A DNA stretch of 64,000 nt, taken from positions 5,237-69,236 of IMG/VR virus record IMGVR_UViG_3300005573_000088; one strand, given 5' to 3'. Below are positions 56,369 to 64,000 of this stretch, piece after piece; position 1 is the first letter of the stretch, and each line of letters opens with the position of its first letter. This DNA is from a virus. Its lineage: Duplodnaviria > Caudoviricetes. The notes beneath the pieces were generated by a model, which saw only the letters and a program-made list of their open reading frames with translations, did not search any database and was not told the DNA's origin. The translations under genes and the position numbers were made by a program.

Positions 56369-57104
56369 TGTTTACACCTCCTTTTTCATTGTAATAATAC
56401 TTCTTTATTGCATTATTTATACTAAAAACTACCTCATAATAATTATGTCCATTCGTCATTAAATCCCATATAACATTAAATCCTATTATTGCCGACATAG
56501 CATTAGTATTAAACAACTGCCTTGTGTCCTCAGCGCAAGAGCCACTTTGGGGTTCACTTATTTCTGGATGGACATCAGACATCTTTACACTCCCCCTGGA
56601 AATAAATACCTGACCATTCGTAATATCATTAGCAATATCCACCCAAGCTACTTCAGAGTCCCATCTTGTCCCTGTAAATAATTCTCTCTCAACTATCCAC
56701 CTTGTCTCATGATTGTCAACGCAAGATACAATTACTGGCCTAGCCTCACTATACATATATGAACTTATATTAAAAATACTATTAAAATTCTCACTACTTA
56801 ATCTTTCTGTGTTGAAGTAGATTGGAACTCCAAATATTCCTGAATATCTACTTGCAAGCACATATGCTTTATTTTTTCCTAAGTCCTGCACTGCAAAGTT
56901 TTGCCTAAACATGTTCTTGGGTTCTACACTATCATTATCAACTATCATATATTTTGCAATCCTGCTGTTATCATTTAGCATAACTCTGCATATCATCGGG
57001 GCTAAGTATGCTCCTATTCCTCCTGCACCTATTTGATAAATCATACACTTGCTAAAACCTGGATACTTATACTTATACTTTTCTGTATTCATTCTTTCCT
57101 CCAC
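56346..57104 (-). CDS. ThiF/E1-like ubiquitin-activating enzyme (PRTRC ThiF-like)
   Basis: IGAGGIG, IVDNDSVEPKNMFRQNF, NKAYVLASRY, SCVDN...R; candidate catalytic Cys in QSGSCAE. Confidence 0.9.
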   Translation of the reverse strand: MEERMNTEKYKYKYPGFSKCMIYQIGAGGIGAYLAPMICRVMLNDNSRIAKYMIVDNDSVEPKNMFRQNFAVQDLGKNKAYVLASRYSGIFGVPIYFNTERLSSENFNSIFNISSYMYSEARPVIVSCVDNHETRWIVERELFTGTRWDSEVAWVDIANDITNGQVFISRGSVKMSDVHPEISEPQSGSCAEDTRQLFNTNAMSAIIGFNVIWDLMTNGHNYYEVVFSINNAIKKYYYNEKGGVNNGSQGQK

Positions 57105-57739
57105 CAGTGTTCATCAATTAACTTTTCAAATAATTTATTGTGTTCACAACTTATTGATTTTATGTTTTTATCCCAAAATTTTGGATAACTAAACTCAAAT
57201 ATTTCATCAAATTGTAATTCAATCAAATCATCACCACACTTTAATCTCCACATTGATATAATATTATCACTCTTAAATGAAATTACGCCATAGATACATA
57301 ACCTTTTTTCGTCACTATTATCAATAGAACTAAAGAATGCTCCCATTCTATTGTGACTATGAACTTCAAGAACCAACAAATCTGTTTGTTCTTTAACATA
57401 ATCATTTTTAACTTCTATACTTGCTTGTGAAACACACTGTTCTGGAATAAAAACATAATACTTTTTCTCCTCTCTACTCCAGAATATTTGGGCGTATACT
57501 TCAGAATCATGCTTCCTAAAAAAACCCACTATCTGGTAAAATAGTTCTGCTGGTATCTTACTATTTTTCCACACTAAACCTTCTTTTAACTCAAGCAACT
57601 GGGGAACTTTTGAACAATGCAGATTAGCCCTAAAAACTTCGTTATTTTGGACTCTCATTACTCCTGACTTTGTTACCAAAAACACCAACTTACTTTCCAG
57701 CTGAGACTTGTCCTTAAAGAGCTCAACTTTACTTTCCAT
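57089..57739 (-). CDS. Prokaryotic JAB/MPN peptidase (PRTRC protein A-like)
   Basis: SEVYAQIFW, IPEQ.VS.ASI, EVHSHNRMGAFFSSIDNSDE. Confidence 0.88.
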   Translation of the reverse strand: MESKVELFKDKSQLESKLVFLVTKSGVMRVQNNEVFRANLHCSKVPQLLELKEGLVWKNSKIPAELFYQIVGFFRKHDSEVYAQIFWSREEKKYYVFIPEQCVSQASIEVKNDYVKEQTDLLVLEVHSHNRMGAFFSSIDNSDEKRLCIYGVISFKSDNIISMWRLKCGDDLIELQFDEIFEFSYPKFWDKNIKSISCEHNKLFEKLIDEHWWRKE

Positions 57740-57754
57740 AAACTACCTCCTTTT

Positions 57755-58390
57755 TTATTTTAAATCTATTAAGTCCCAATATTCCTTAAATGATTTATAC
57801 TTAACTAAAAGATCATTTGGAAATAACTTTCTACTTCCAAGGTTCATTAAAAAGTCCCATGTGTTTGCATATCCTTTTACTTTATTTGAAATTAACTCTT
57901 TTGTAAATGGCATACTCCAGAACTTATCGGCTATATTGTGTACTGTTATATCATGGTTTTCACCAAGACATATATAATCTCCACCTGCACTTGAATTTGG
58001 AAATGGGAACTCATAAAGAGAAAAATTTATGCCTGTGGGCAATGCTGGCAAACTATCACATGCAAATACTGAAACTTTGTTGATTACTCTATTGTATATT
58101 GTGACAAAAAACATCACATTCGGTGCAACTATTTCTAATTTTTTAATGTTTTTGTCACTATCTCGATAAAATGTAGCTAATTTTCTCTCTGCCCTATATA
58201 TTGCAAAGCATATTTTGTTACTACTACCTGACTTAATTGCATATGTCCCATAAGGAACTTGACAATATTCAAAGTCAATACCTTCTAATAATATTTTTGC
58301 AAAACTTTTTGCTGTTAACCAAACTATTTTTTTATTAGTCGTATCATAAATTTTTACTCCACTGTTTAAAATAGAAACTCTATAAGCCAT
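57755..58390 (-). CDS. Prokaryotic E2-like protein (family D/PRTRC protein B-like)
   Basis: VAPNVMFFV, LYEFPFPNS, YICLG (catalytic Cys position), FWSMPFT. Confidence 0.72.
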   Translation of the reverse strand: MAYRVSILNSGVKIYDTTNKKIVWLTAKSFAKILLEGIDFEYCQVPYGTYAIKSGSSNKICFAIYRAERKLATFYRDSDKNIKKLEIVAPNVMFFVTIYNRVINKVSVFACDSLPALPTGINFSLYEFPFPNSSAGGDYICLGENHDITVHNIADKFWSMPFTKELISNKVKGYANTWDFLMNLGSRKLFPNDLLVKYKSFKEYWDLIDLK

Positions 58391-58889
58391 GTTGCTCCCT
58401 CCATTTTCTATTAAATTTTTCCTGTATACTTTCCTCTTTTACCTCATTTACCTCATGTTGTTCTTCTTCATACTCTCTTCTTATATCGTTTAATTTATAT
58501 AAATCACTTATGAAATTTTCATTTAATATGTAATCCTCAAATATATTAACAATGCAATAGCCATATTCATTAACTTTAAATCCTTTTTCCTTAAAAAAAT
58601 TAATACGATCAATATTATCTGTTCCTAAATAAATTCCAACTATAAGATTTGTTCTTTCTATTTTTGGAAAATAAAAATAATCACTAATTTCCTCCGAAAA
58701 TAACTTATTTCTTTTTGCTCTTAGATAGTATTTTACATAACCATATCCTTTACTATATCTAAATGTTCTACTCATAATCTTCTTTATGTTTAATTTTTTA
58801 AATGACTTTAATTTGTTGTTATTTTTTAAGAATAACTTTATCTGTAATGTTGTAATCAAATTAAGTCCAAACTCTTTACTTAATTTCAT
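58380..58889 (-). CDS. Hypothetical protein within Ub-like cluster
   Basis: 169-aa ORF between Ubl and E2. Confidence 0.5.
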   Translation of the reverse strand: MKLSKEFGLNLITTLQIKLFLKNNNKLKSFKKLNIKKIMSRTFRYSKGYGYVKYYLRAKRNKLFSEEISDYFYFPKIERTNLIVGIYLGTDNIDRINFFKEKGFKVNEYGYCIVNIFEDYILNENFISDLYKLNDIRREYEEEQHEVNEVKEESIQEKFNRKWREQHGL

Positions 58890-58901
58890 ATATTTTCCTC
58901 T

Positions 58902-59123
58902 TTACAAAATTTCATTTATTTCAACTCTTTCTGCATTAAAGTCATATATTCCCTCTTCAGGAAAACATTTTAACTTTTCAATTAAGTAACGGTACTTTTC
59001 TTTTGTTAACTTACTTGCATACTTTTTAGGACTCCTACAAACCCTAATTACATATGCCATAGCATTCCTTGACTCAGAAATTTGAATGTTTTCATTAATA
59101 AAATCATCATACTTAATTTCCAT
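58902..59123 (-). CDS. Hypothetical protein within Ub-like cluster
   Basis: 73-aa ORF with AGGAGG SD. Confidence 0.55.
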   Translation of the reverse strand: MEIKYDDFINENIQISESRNAMAYVIRVCRSPKKYASKLTKEKYRYLIEKLKCFPEEGIYDFNAERVEINEIL

Positions 59124-59140
59124 ACTTAATCCTCCTTATC

Positions 59141-59167
59141 CCAAGCAAGCCTAACTGACTTGCTTGG
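59141..59167 (-). promoter_or_regulatory. 9-bp intergenic hairpin downstream of Ubl
   Basis: ccaagcaag/cttgcttgg perfect inverted repeat, no U-tract on the coding strand, adjacent to the next SD. Confidence 0.5.
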
Positions 59168-59178
59168 ACAAAGAAGGA

Positions 59179-59373
59179 CTATCCTTTATGGGCAGCTACT
59201 CGCCGAAACTCTACCATCGTTCCGTTTTCGTGCTGTATGAACTGTGCGTTGTCAATCTCTGGATATGCATCCTTTAGAGCGTCCCTATACTCAGCCTCAC
59301 TTCCCTGTGGCGCGTCAATCTCCTGCCCGTCAGGTAACCTGATTTTAATCATATCTACCATTTTATCACTCAC
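59179..59373 (-). CDS. Prokaryotic ubiquitin-like protein (PRTRC protein C-like)
   Basis: 64 aa; ...RDALKDAYPEIDNA...VEFRRVAAHKG-stop; YPE and terminal KG are typical of this family. Confidence 0.8.
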   Translation of the reverse strand: MSDKMVDMIKIRLPDGQEIDAPQGSEAEYRDALKDAYPEIDNAQFIQHENGTMVEFRRVAAHKG

Positions 59374-59388
59374 CTCCCTTTTTTAATT

Positions 59389-59625
59389 TTAATCCATATG
59401 TTTACTTATGCAATCATCACATATGGGTTTACTATCATCCTGGATAGTTACTGCTTGTTTACCACAATACTCACATAATTTACCTCCTTTCTTTGCCCAC
59501 TTCCAGAATTTTTTTTCTAACTTTTTATCTCCATTGAGCAATCTTTCTACTATTCTGTCATGGGATTTTACTGGATACATTGCCTCTACAAATTCCTGAA
59601 GTAATTTTTTCACTGCACCCATCAA
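59389..59625 (-). CDS. Small Zn-ribbon protein
   Basis: CEYC and CDDC. Confidence 0.5.
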   Translation of the reverse strand: MMGAVKKLLQEFVEAMYPVKSHDRIVERLLNGDKKLEKKFWKWAKKGGKLCEYCGKQAVTIQDDSKPICDDCISKHMD

Positions 59626-60134
59626 AATCTCCTTCCTGGGGATACTTTTTTACTTGGCAGATTTTAACTATGTCATCTACCATCCTCTCAAAATACTCAA
59701 CCTCCCCTGGAACTTTAACTACTTTACTGTTTAACTGAATACAATCTTTTTTCATAAAACTCCCTTAATAACATACTTCGTTCTTAACAAGAAATAAAAC
59801 AAATTAATCTTAAAGAATATTAAAAAGAACTTTAACTCAAACATTACTTTTTTCATTTTATACCTCCTATATTTTTAATTATTTTTTCCAACTTCTTACT
59901 TATCAGATGATAAGCATCAACTTCACTTACTACTTTGTTTTTCTGGGATACAACTATGCCCCAACACTCACCTATCAGTTGCCATATCTCTAACTCTTTT
60001 TTATCCATTTTATCCTCCTTTAATACTTACAAGAACTCTTACTACAAGAAATATGAGCGATACTATCACTAATACAAAAAATACATTCTCAAACTTATCT
60101 AATAATTTTTCAATCTTTTTCATACTTTTACCTC

Positions 60135-60329
60135 CTACAATATAATATACTCTTGCATTAAATTCCTAACTAATCCCCTAATAATCCCATTGTCGTTTAA
60201 GAACTCAAGCAATTCAAGGTGGGACTTAAATGTTTTTGACTCTTTACTGTCACTCACATTCCTTAATTGCTTAAGTTCTAAATCAAGGATGTATTGTTTT
60301 CCTCCAACTCTAACTAATAGTTTTTCCAT
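60135..60329 (-). CDS. Hypothetical early protein
   Basis: 64 aa with GGAGGTG SD. Confidence 0.55.
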   Translation of the reverse strand: MEKLLVRVGGKQYILDLELKQLRNVSDSKESKTFKSHLELLEFLNDNGIIRGLVRNLMQEYIIL

Positions 60330-60353
60330 TTTTAAATCACCTCCTTTTTTTAC

Positions 60354-60623
60354 TTACAGAGAGTTGGCAATATTTCTTACTAACTCATCATCTAACTTGT
60401 TGCAAAAATTCCTTACAGTAATCCTATCTGCTGGATTATTGTAAAGCTTACTTAAAGACATCATTAGACGTCCGTCTATTTCTGACCTAGTAGGTACTCT
60501 CTTTTTATAAGAATATCTACTAATACCTCTCCTACAAATTCTCCTAATTTGCCTTTCCGTTAAAGCGCCTGGATGCGCTCCTAGAAGCAAACTATTTTTT
60601 TCTCCTTCACTTATAATTCTCAT
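60354..60623 (-). CDS. Hypothetical basic early protein
   Basis: 89 aa with AGGAGG SD. Confidence 0.55.
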   Translation of the reverse strand: MRIISEGEKNSLLLGAHPGALTERQIRRICRRGISRYSYKKRVPTRSEIDGRLMMSLSKLYNNPADRITVRNFCNKLDDELVRNIANSL

Positions 60624-60684
60624 TTTTTTCCTCCTTTCCTGGGGAATCTACTTAATTCCCAGATTTACGATTTTATGATTTGAG

Positions 60685-60860
60685 TTATCCACAAAGTTAC
60701 TAACAGTCACTGTTATAATGTATCCTAAATGTAACAACTTTTTTTTATTTTTTTCATATTTTTTTAATTTTTTATTCTTTTTTATTTTTTTTTTAATTAT
60801 TTTCTTTCATTTTTTTTAATTATTTCTTTCATTTTTTTATTTATTTTATTATCCATTTAC
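60685..60860. other. Perfect DnaA box next to a very AT-rich T-tract region (possible origin)
   Basis: TTATCCACA at 60685-60693; T-run region with a tandem ttttttaattatt(t)tctttcat repeat at about 60789-60832. Confidence 0.35.
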
Positions 60861-60890
60861 TATTTGTTTACATAAACGGATTAAAAAAAA

Positions 60891-61315
60891 TGATACGGGT
60901 TTCTGTCCCTTTCTTTTTAAATTTTTTAACTTTTTAAACTTTTTATATGACTTTTTCTTTTTCTTCTACAACCACTTCTTTTGGTCTAACTCCAAAGAAA
61001 AAGAGCTTACAGCTGTCGTTGTCGACGATAACTCCGTCAACGTTAATAAATTTCCTTACATGATACGAAAAGTTATTAACAAAGGAAGCTGGATTTTCTT
61101 TAAAGTTTGATGGGATCTTGCCGTTGTAATATGGCAGTATCTCACTAAGATCCACCTGGATATCTTGTGTGCCAAGATCCTGACATGCTTTTAAGATGAA
61201 GCAGGCCAAATCTTGGTATCTGATAGCCGACTTTCTGCGATTGTGCCGTAGCAACTCTTGTTTTTCCTTTTCTGATATAAAATTCATTTTCAATCACCTT
61301 CAGAAACCCGTATCA
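60891..61315. repeat. Perfect 15-bp inverted repeats flanking one gene
   Basis: tgatacgggtttctg (60891-60905) and cagaaacccgtatca (61301-61315). Confidence 0.85.
60943..61287 (-). CDS. Hypothetical first early gene (114 aa)
   Basis: MNFISEKEKQELLRHNRRK...; AGGTGA SD; downstream of a strong promoter. Confidence 0.65.
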   Translation of the reverse strand: MNFISEKEKQELLRHNRRKSAIRYQDLACFILKACQDLGTQDIQVDLSEILPYYNGKIPSNFKENPASFVNNFSYHVRKFINVDGVIVDNDSCKLFFFGVRPKEVVVEEKEKVI

Positions 61316-61354
61316 CATTATGTCAAAGAGCAAATTTTTATTTTTCTTGTATAT

Positions 61355-61383
61355 ATTATAGCAGAAATATATAAATAAGTCAA
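61355..61383 (-). promoter_or_regulatory. Strong leftward sigma70 promoter
   Basis: TTGACT-17-TATAAT with extended TG. Confidence 0.75.
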
Positions 61384-61659
61384 TACCCATGATATTTTTT
61401 GTTTACATAAGTGTTATTATGCAAAGTGTCTGTCTATACAATGGTCAATATATAGACATTGTATTTTTTTATCTGTTGTATTTTGTTTATATTTTGTTTA
61501 CATATAAAAAAAATTAAAAAAAACAATTTTTCCGACGATAAATTATTTTACACAAAAAAATTATTAAAAAAATATCCCCCTGGATATAAAAATTTTTTTA
61601 AAAAATAAAAAAATAATAGGGTATCTCTCACAGCCATTGTAATAGTTTAAAACTTTTGA

Positions 61660-61688
61660 TAGACAGGTTGTAGTAAGTATATTATACT
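61660..61688 (+). promoter_or_regulatory. Rightward sigma70-like promoter
   Basis: TAGACA-17-TATACT. Confidence 0.5.
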
Positions 61689-61946
61689 AGTAATGGTTAG
61701 TTGCATTTATGAAGTTAGTGTAAGAGTGAGCGGGGTGTGTGTTATAGAGTTGGAGTGCGTTATATAGTTTACTTTTAGTGGGCTTTTTGCTTACGGGTGA
61801 AAAATCTTTCTTTCTCTCTCTTTTCTCTCCCTCTATATATAGTTAATAAGTACTTACTCCCTCTCTATACTCTCTTTTTCTTTCAGTCTCACTCACGAAA
61901 AAGAAAGAAAAAAAAGTAACAGTAGCTATTTATAGTTACAGGTATA

Positions 61947-62075
61947 TACAAAGGAAGTATCTCAAGTTTACAAAGGAAGTACCTCTTGAACTCATTTTTT
62001 TCTTTCTTTTTCATTAAAGGATTATTTTTTATTTAAAAACGACTATTACTTTGTAACTATTACTTTGTAACTATA
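61947..62075. repeat. Direct and tandem repeats sharing a TACAAAG core
   Basis: tacaaaggaagta at 61947 and 61969 (22-bp period); actattactttgta at 62042 and 62056 (core on the opposite strand). Confidence 0.75.
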
Positions 62076-62531
62076 GTTTATTTATTTATTATATTAAGTA
62101 TTAAACAGTTAGTTAATTTGTTTCAAGGAAATAGAAGTATGAGAAAAAGTAGGTTAAAAGAAGGGCATATGGTAAATTTCGCAAGGAATCGGGTCTAATT
62201 TGAGTTTTCTACATTTCCTGGGTAAAGAAGGTTTAAACTTGAAAGAAAGTGGCTCTAGTCGCAAATCTGGCTGGATTTCTTTGAATCTGTGCAGCGGTGC
62301 GAAGTTCAGAGTTTAGAAAAAAGAAAAACCTGCGCAACTTGTGCAGTGTTTGTCGCAATTCAGGCAACTCAGGCATATTCTAATTTTTTAATACTTAAAA
62401 AATTAGCAATATATGTCACACATTCTCATATAATATATGGGAAAGAGCGTCAAAGTTATGTATGAGTATTGGAGTTCTACAATTGAGGGTGTAGAGACTA
62501 AGTACATAGAAGTTGACAAGGAAAAAGAAGA

Positions 62532-62900
62532 ATGCAAGAAGTGCAGGAAACAACATCTAACAACAGTGGTTCTACCATTAGAAAAGAAGTTGTTGCAGCA
62601 TTGCGAGCTGTCGATATAAGTAAAATAAACCTGGATACCGCATATCAGTTCAGAGTAACAGATTCTGGAACTATAGAAGGAACTGCAACTGATGTATTTG
62701 ATTGGTATAAGGTTGTTTATCCTACTTGGTACATGGTCTACTACCCTGTCCACTACCCGACTTGGACACAGACACAATACGCTGATACAACTAGAAAAGC
62801 ATTGGACATTGTGAAGAAACTAAAGGACAGAAAACTGCTCAAAGTGAAAAACGTAAAGGACTTTATAGATATTGTTGACATTGTCAGGAAGACACTATGA
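62532..62900 (+). CDS. Hypothetical protein
   Basis: 122-aa ORF coupled by ATGA to the next gene; start uncertain because ORF 62437-62619 overlaps it. Confidence 0.5.
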   Translation: MQEVQETTSNNSGSTIRKEVVAALRAVDISKINLDTAYQFRVTDSGTIEGTATDVFDWYKVVYPTWYMVYYPVHYPTWTQTQYADTTRKALDIVKKLKDRKLLKVKNVKDFIDIVDIVRKTL

Positions 62901-63271
62901 GTGACTCAAAGAAAAATGGGACTGTGTGGAAGTTCGAAGAGGTAAATAGAAAGCTAGATACATTCAGCCGTACACAATCTGAACTACTTGCTTCTATACA
63001 GGAAATTTCGTCAAATGTCAAACAACTTACTGAACTGTCAGTAAAACACGACAAAGTTCTGTATGGAAACCCGGAAAATATGGGTAAAGACGGCGTACTG
63101 ATGAAAATGAGAGATCAGGAATCAGCAATTGCAAAAGTAAAAACGGAAGTGGACTCAGAGCTGAAAAATATCAAGGCATCAATAGAAAGAGATGTAAAGT
63201 GGTTTATGAGTATATTCGGCTTTATATGGACAGCAATAATTACATCGTTCAACTGGATTTTAAAAAAATAA
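62897..63271 (+). CDS. Coiled-coil protein with C-terminal TM helix
   Basis: Heptad-like N-terminus; WFMSIFGFIWTAIITSFNWIL TM segment. Confidence 0.6.
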   Translation: MSDSKKNGTVWKFEEVNRKLDTFSRTQSELLASIQEISSNVKQLTELSVKHDKVLYGNPENMGKDGVLMKMRDQESAIAKVKTEVDSELKNIKASIERDVKWFMSIFGFIWTAIITSFNWILKK

Positions 63272-63997
63272 ATGGAAACACTTCAGGACATAGTAAGTGA
63301 AATAAAGAAGGAAAAGAGAAGCCGTTCTGAATTTAAGGAAGAAGAAGAAAAAGAGCGACAAAATATCATTACTGAAAAATATACAGGTAGATTGTATCCA
63401 TGTAAGTCATGCGGGCTGGAAAAAGTCAAAGAACGTACAAGTGGATATATACCTGACTTTTGCCATAGTTGCCAGAAGAAAATAAGTATTCTAAAGATGA
63501 AAGAGGCACGACTTGAAAAGGCAAAAGAGAAGATCTTTAACAAAACTATAGATATAATCATGCCAGATGGCAGTACGGCTAAAGTTAGAGATAGCGAGGA
63601 AGAGAACTTTATAAAGCAACGTTTAATACAATACAAGAAAGACTTCGATTGGACTGAAAGTGCAGACCTCGGACTACTCACAAAACTAATCAACCTTGAA
63701 CTCCAAACCAATAGAATCTCAAAAATGCTTACCCTGAGATACAAAAATGCAGATGCAAAGTCGCTTGCCGCACTTACTGAAGAGTACAGAAAATGTCAGT
63801 CTGATCTTGGAATAAATAGAACAAAGAGAGTTGATTCAAATGAAGCCGAGGATCCAGCAAAGATTGTCATGAACATGATAGCAAAGTTTAGAGAATATAA
63901 ACAAAAATTTCCAGAGAGATTCCAATGGAGATGTAAAAAGTGCGGTGAAATTAATTCTCTGGAGATGGAAAACCCAGATGCAGGCAAATCTGTCTAG
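63272..63997 (+). CDS. Possible terminase small subunit with Zn-finger motifs
   Basis: CKSC/CHSC and CKKC; LGINRTKR resembles the LG..P..R motif of terS; lies at the start of the late strand, where terL would follow beyond the window. Confidence 0.45.
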   Translation: METLQDIVSEIKKEKRSRSEFKEEEEKERQNIITEKYTGRLYPCKSCGLEKVKERTSGYIPDFCHSCQKKISILKMKEARLEKAKEKIFNKTIDIIMPDGSTAKVRDSEEENFIKQRLIQYKKDFDWTESADLGLLTKLINLELQTNRISKMLTLRYKNADAKSLAALTEEYRKCQSDLGINRTKRVDSNEAEDPAKIVMNMIAKFREYKQKFPERFQWRCKKCGEINSLEMENPDAGKSV

Positions 63998-64000
63998 AGA

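Noticed and set aside
142-63987. Many ORF-track entries antisense to or nested in longer genes (e.g. 1741-2424, 16800-17294, 53136-53555, 63283-63744)
   Set aside because: Shadow ORFs without SD or motifs, overlapping well-supported genes on the opposite strand.
1-64000. tRNA or rRNA genes
   Set aside because: No TPsiC-arm/cloverleaf or rRNA-like sequence recognised by eye; tRNAscan-SE was not run.

Overview
The window is a large, probably near-complete but permuted segment of an AT-rich tailed phage genome with siphovirus-like organisation, read in the standard genetic code. The terminase large subunit, the portal and the 5' end of the first gene lie outside the window. The + strand from 1 to about 30 kb is a late operon. 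It runs: DNA-ligase/LigD-phosphoesterase-like protein, HK97-type prohead protease/scaffold, major capsid, neck, tail (with a predicted -1 frameshifted chaperone), tape measure, hub, two beta-helix spikes, three signal-peptide proteins, holin, M15 endolysin, then a run of glycosyltransferase (GT), methyltransferase and deacetylase genes. The - strand from about 61.3 kb to 30 kb is an early/middle arm. It carries a complete prokaryotic ubiquitin-like module (Ubl, E2, JAB, E1), a second ligase core, a disrupted tyrosine recombinase, RadC, RuvB, a histone-fold-like protein, an HU-like protein, a Cas4-like nuclease, DnaN, DnaB, two DNA methyltransferases, a RuvC-like resolvase, a MoxR-type AAA plus vWA/HExxH pair, a tandem array of translationally coupled Gly/Tyr/Asp-rich peptide genes and further GTs. 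Inside this arm a perfect + strand sigma70 promoter drives an ORF-free, extensively base-paired region of about 560 nt, a candidate large ncRNA. From 60.6 to 62.4 kb is a divergent control region with repeats, followed by the start of the late operon (possible terminase small subunit). All family calls come from motif recognition by eye; no searches were run. The strongest leads are the Gly/Tyr peptide array, the candidate ncRNA, the phage-borne Ub-like system, the glycosylation island and the ligase-phosphoesterase in the head module.
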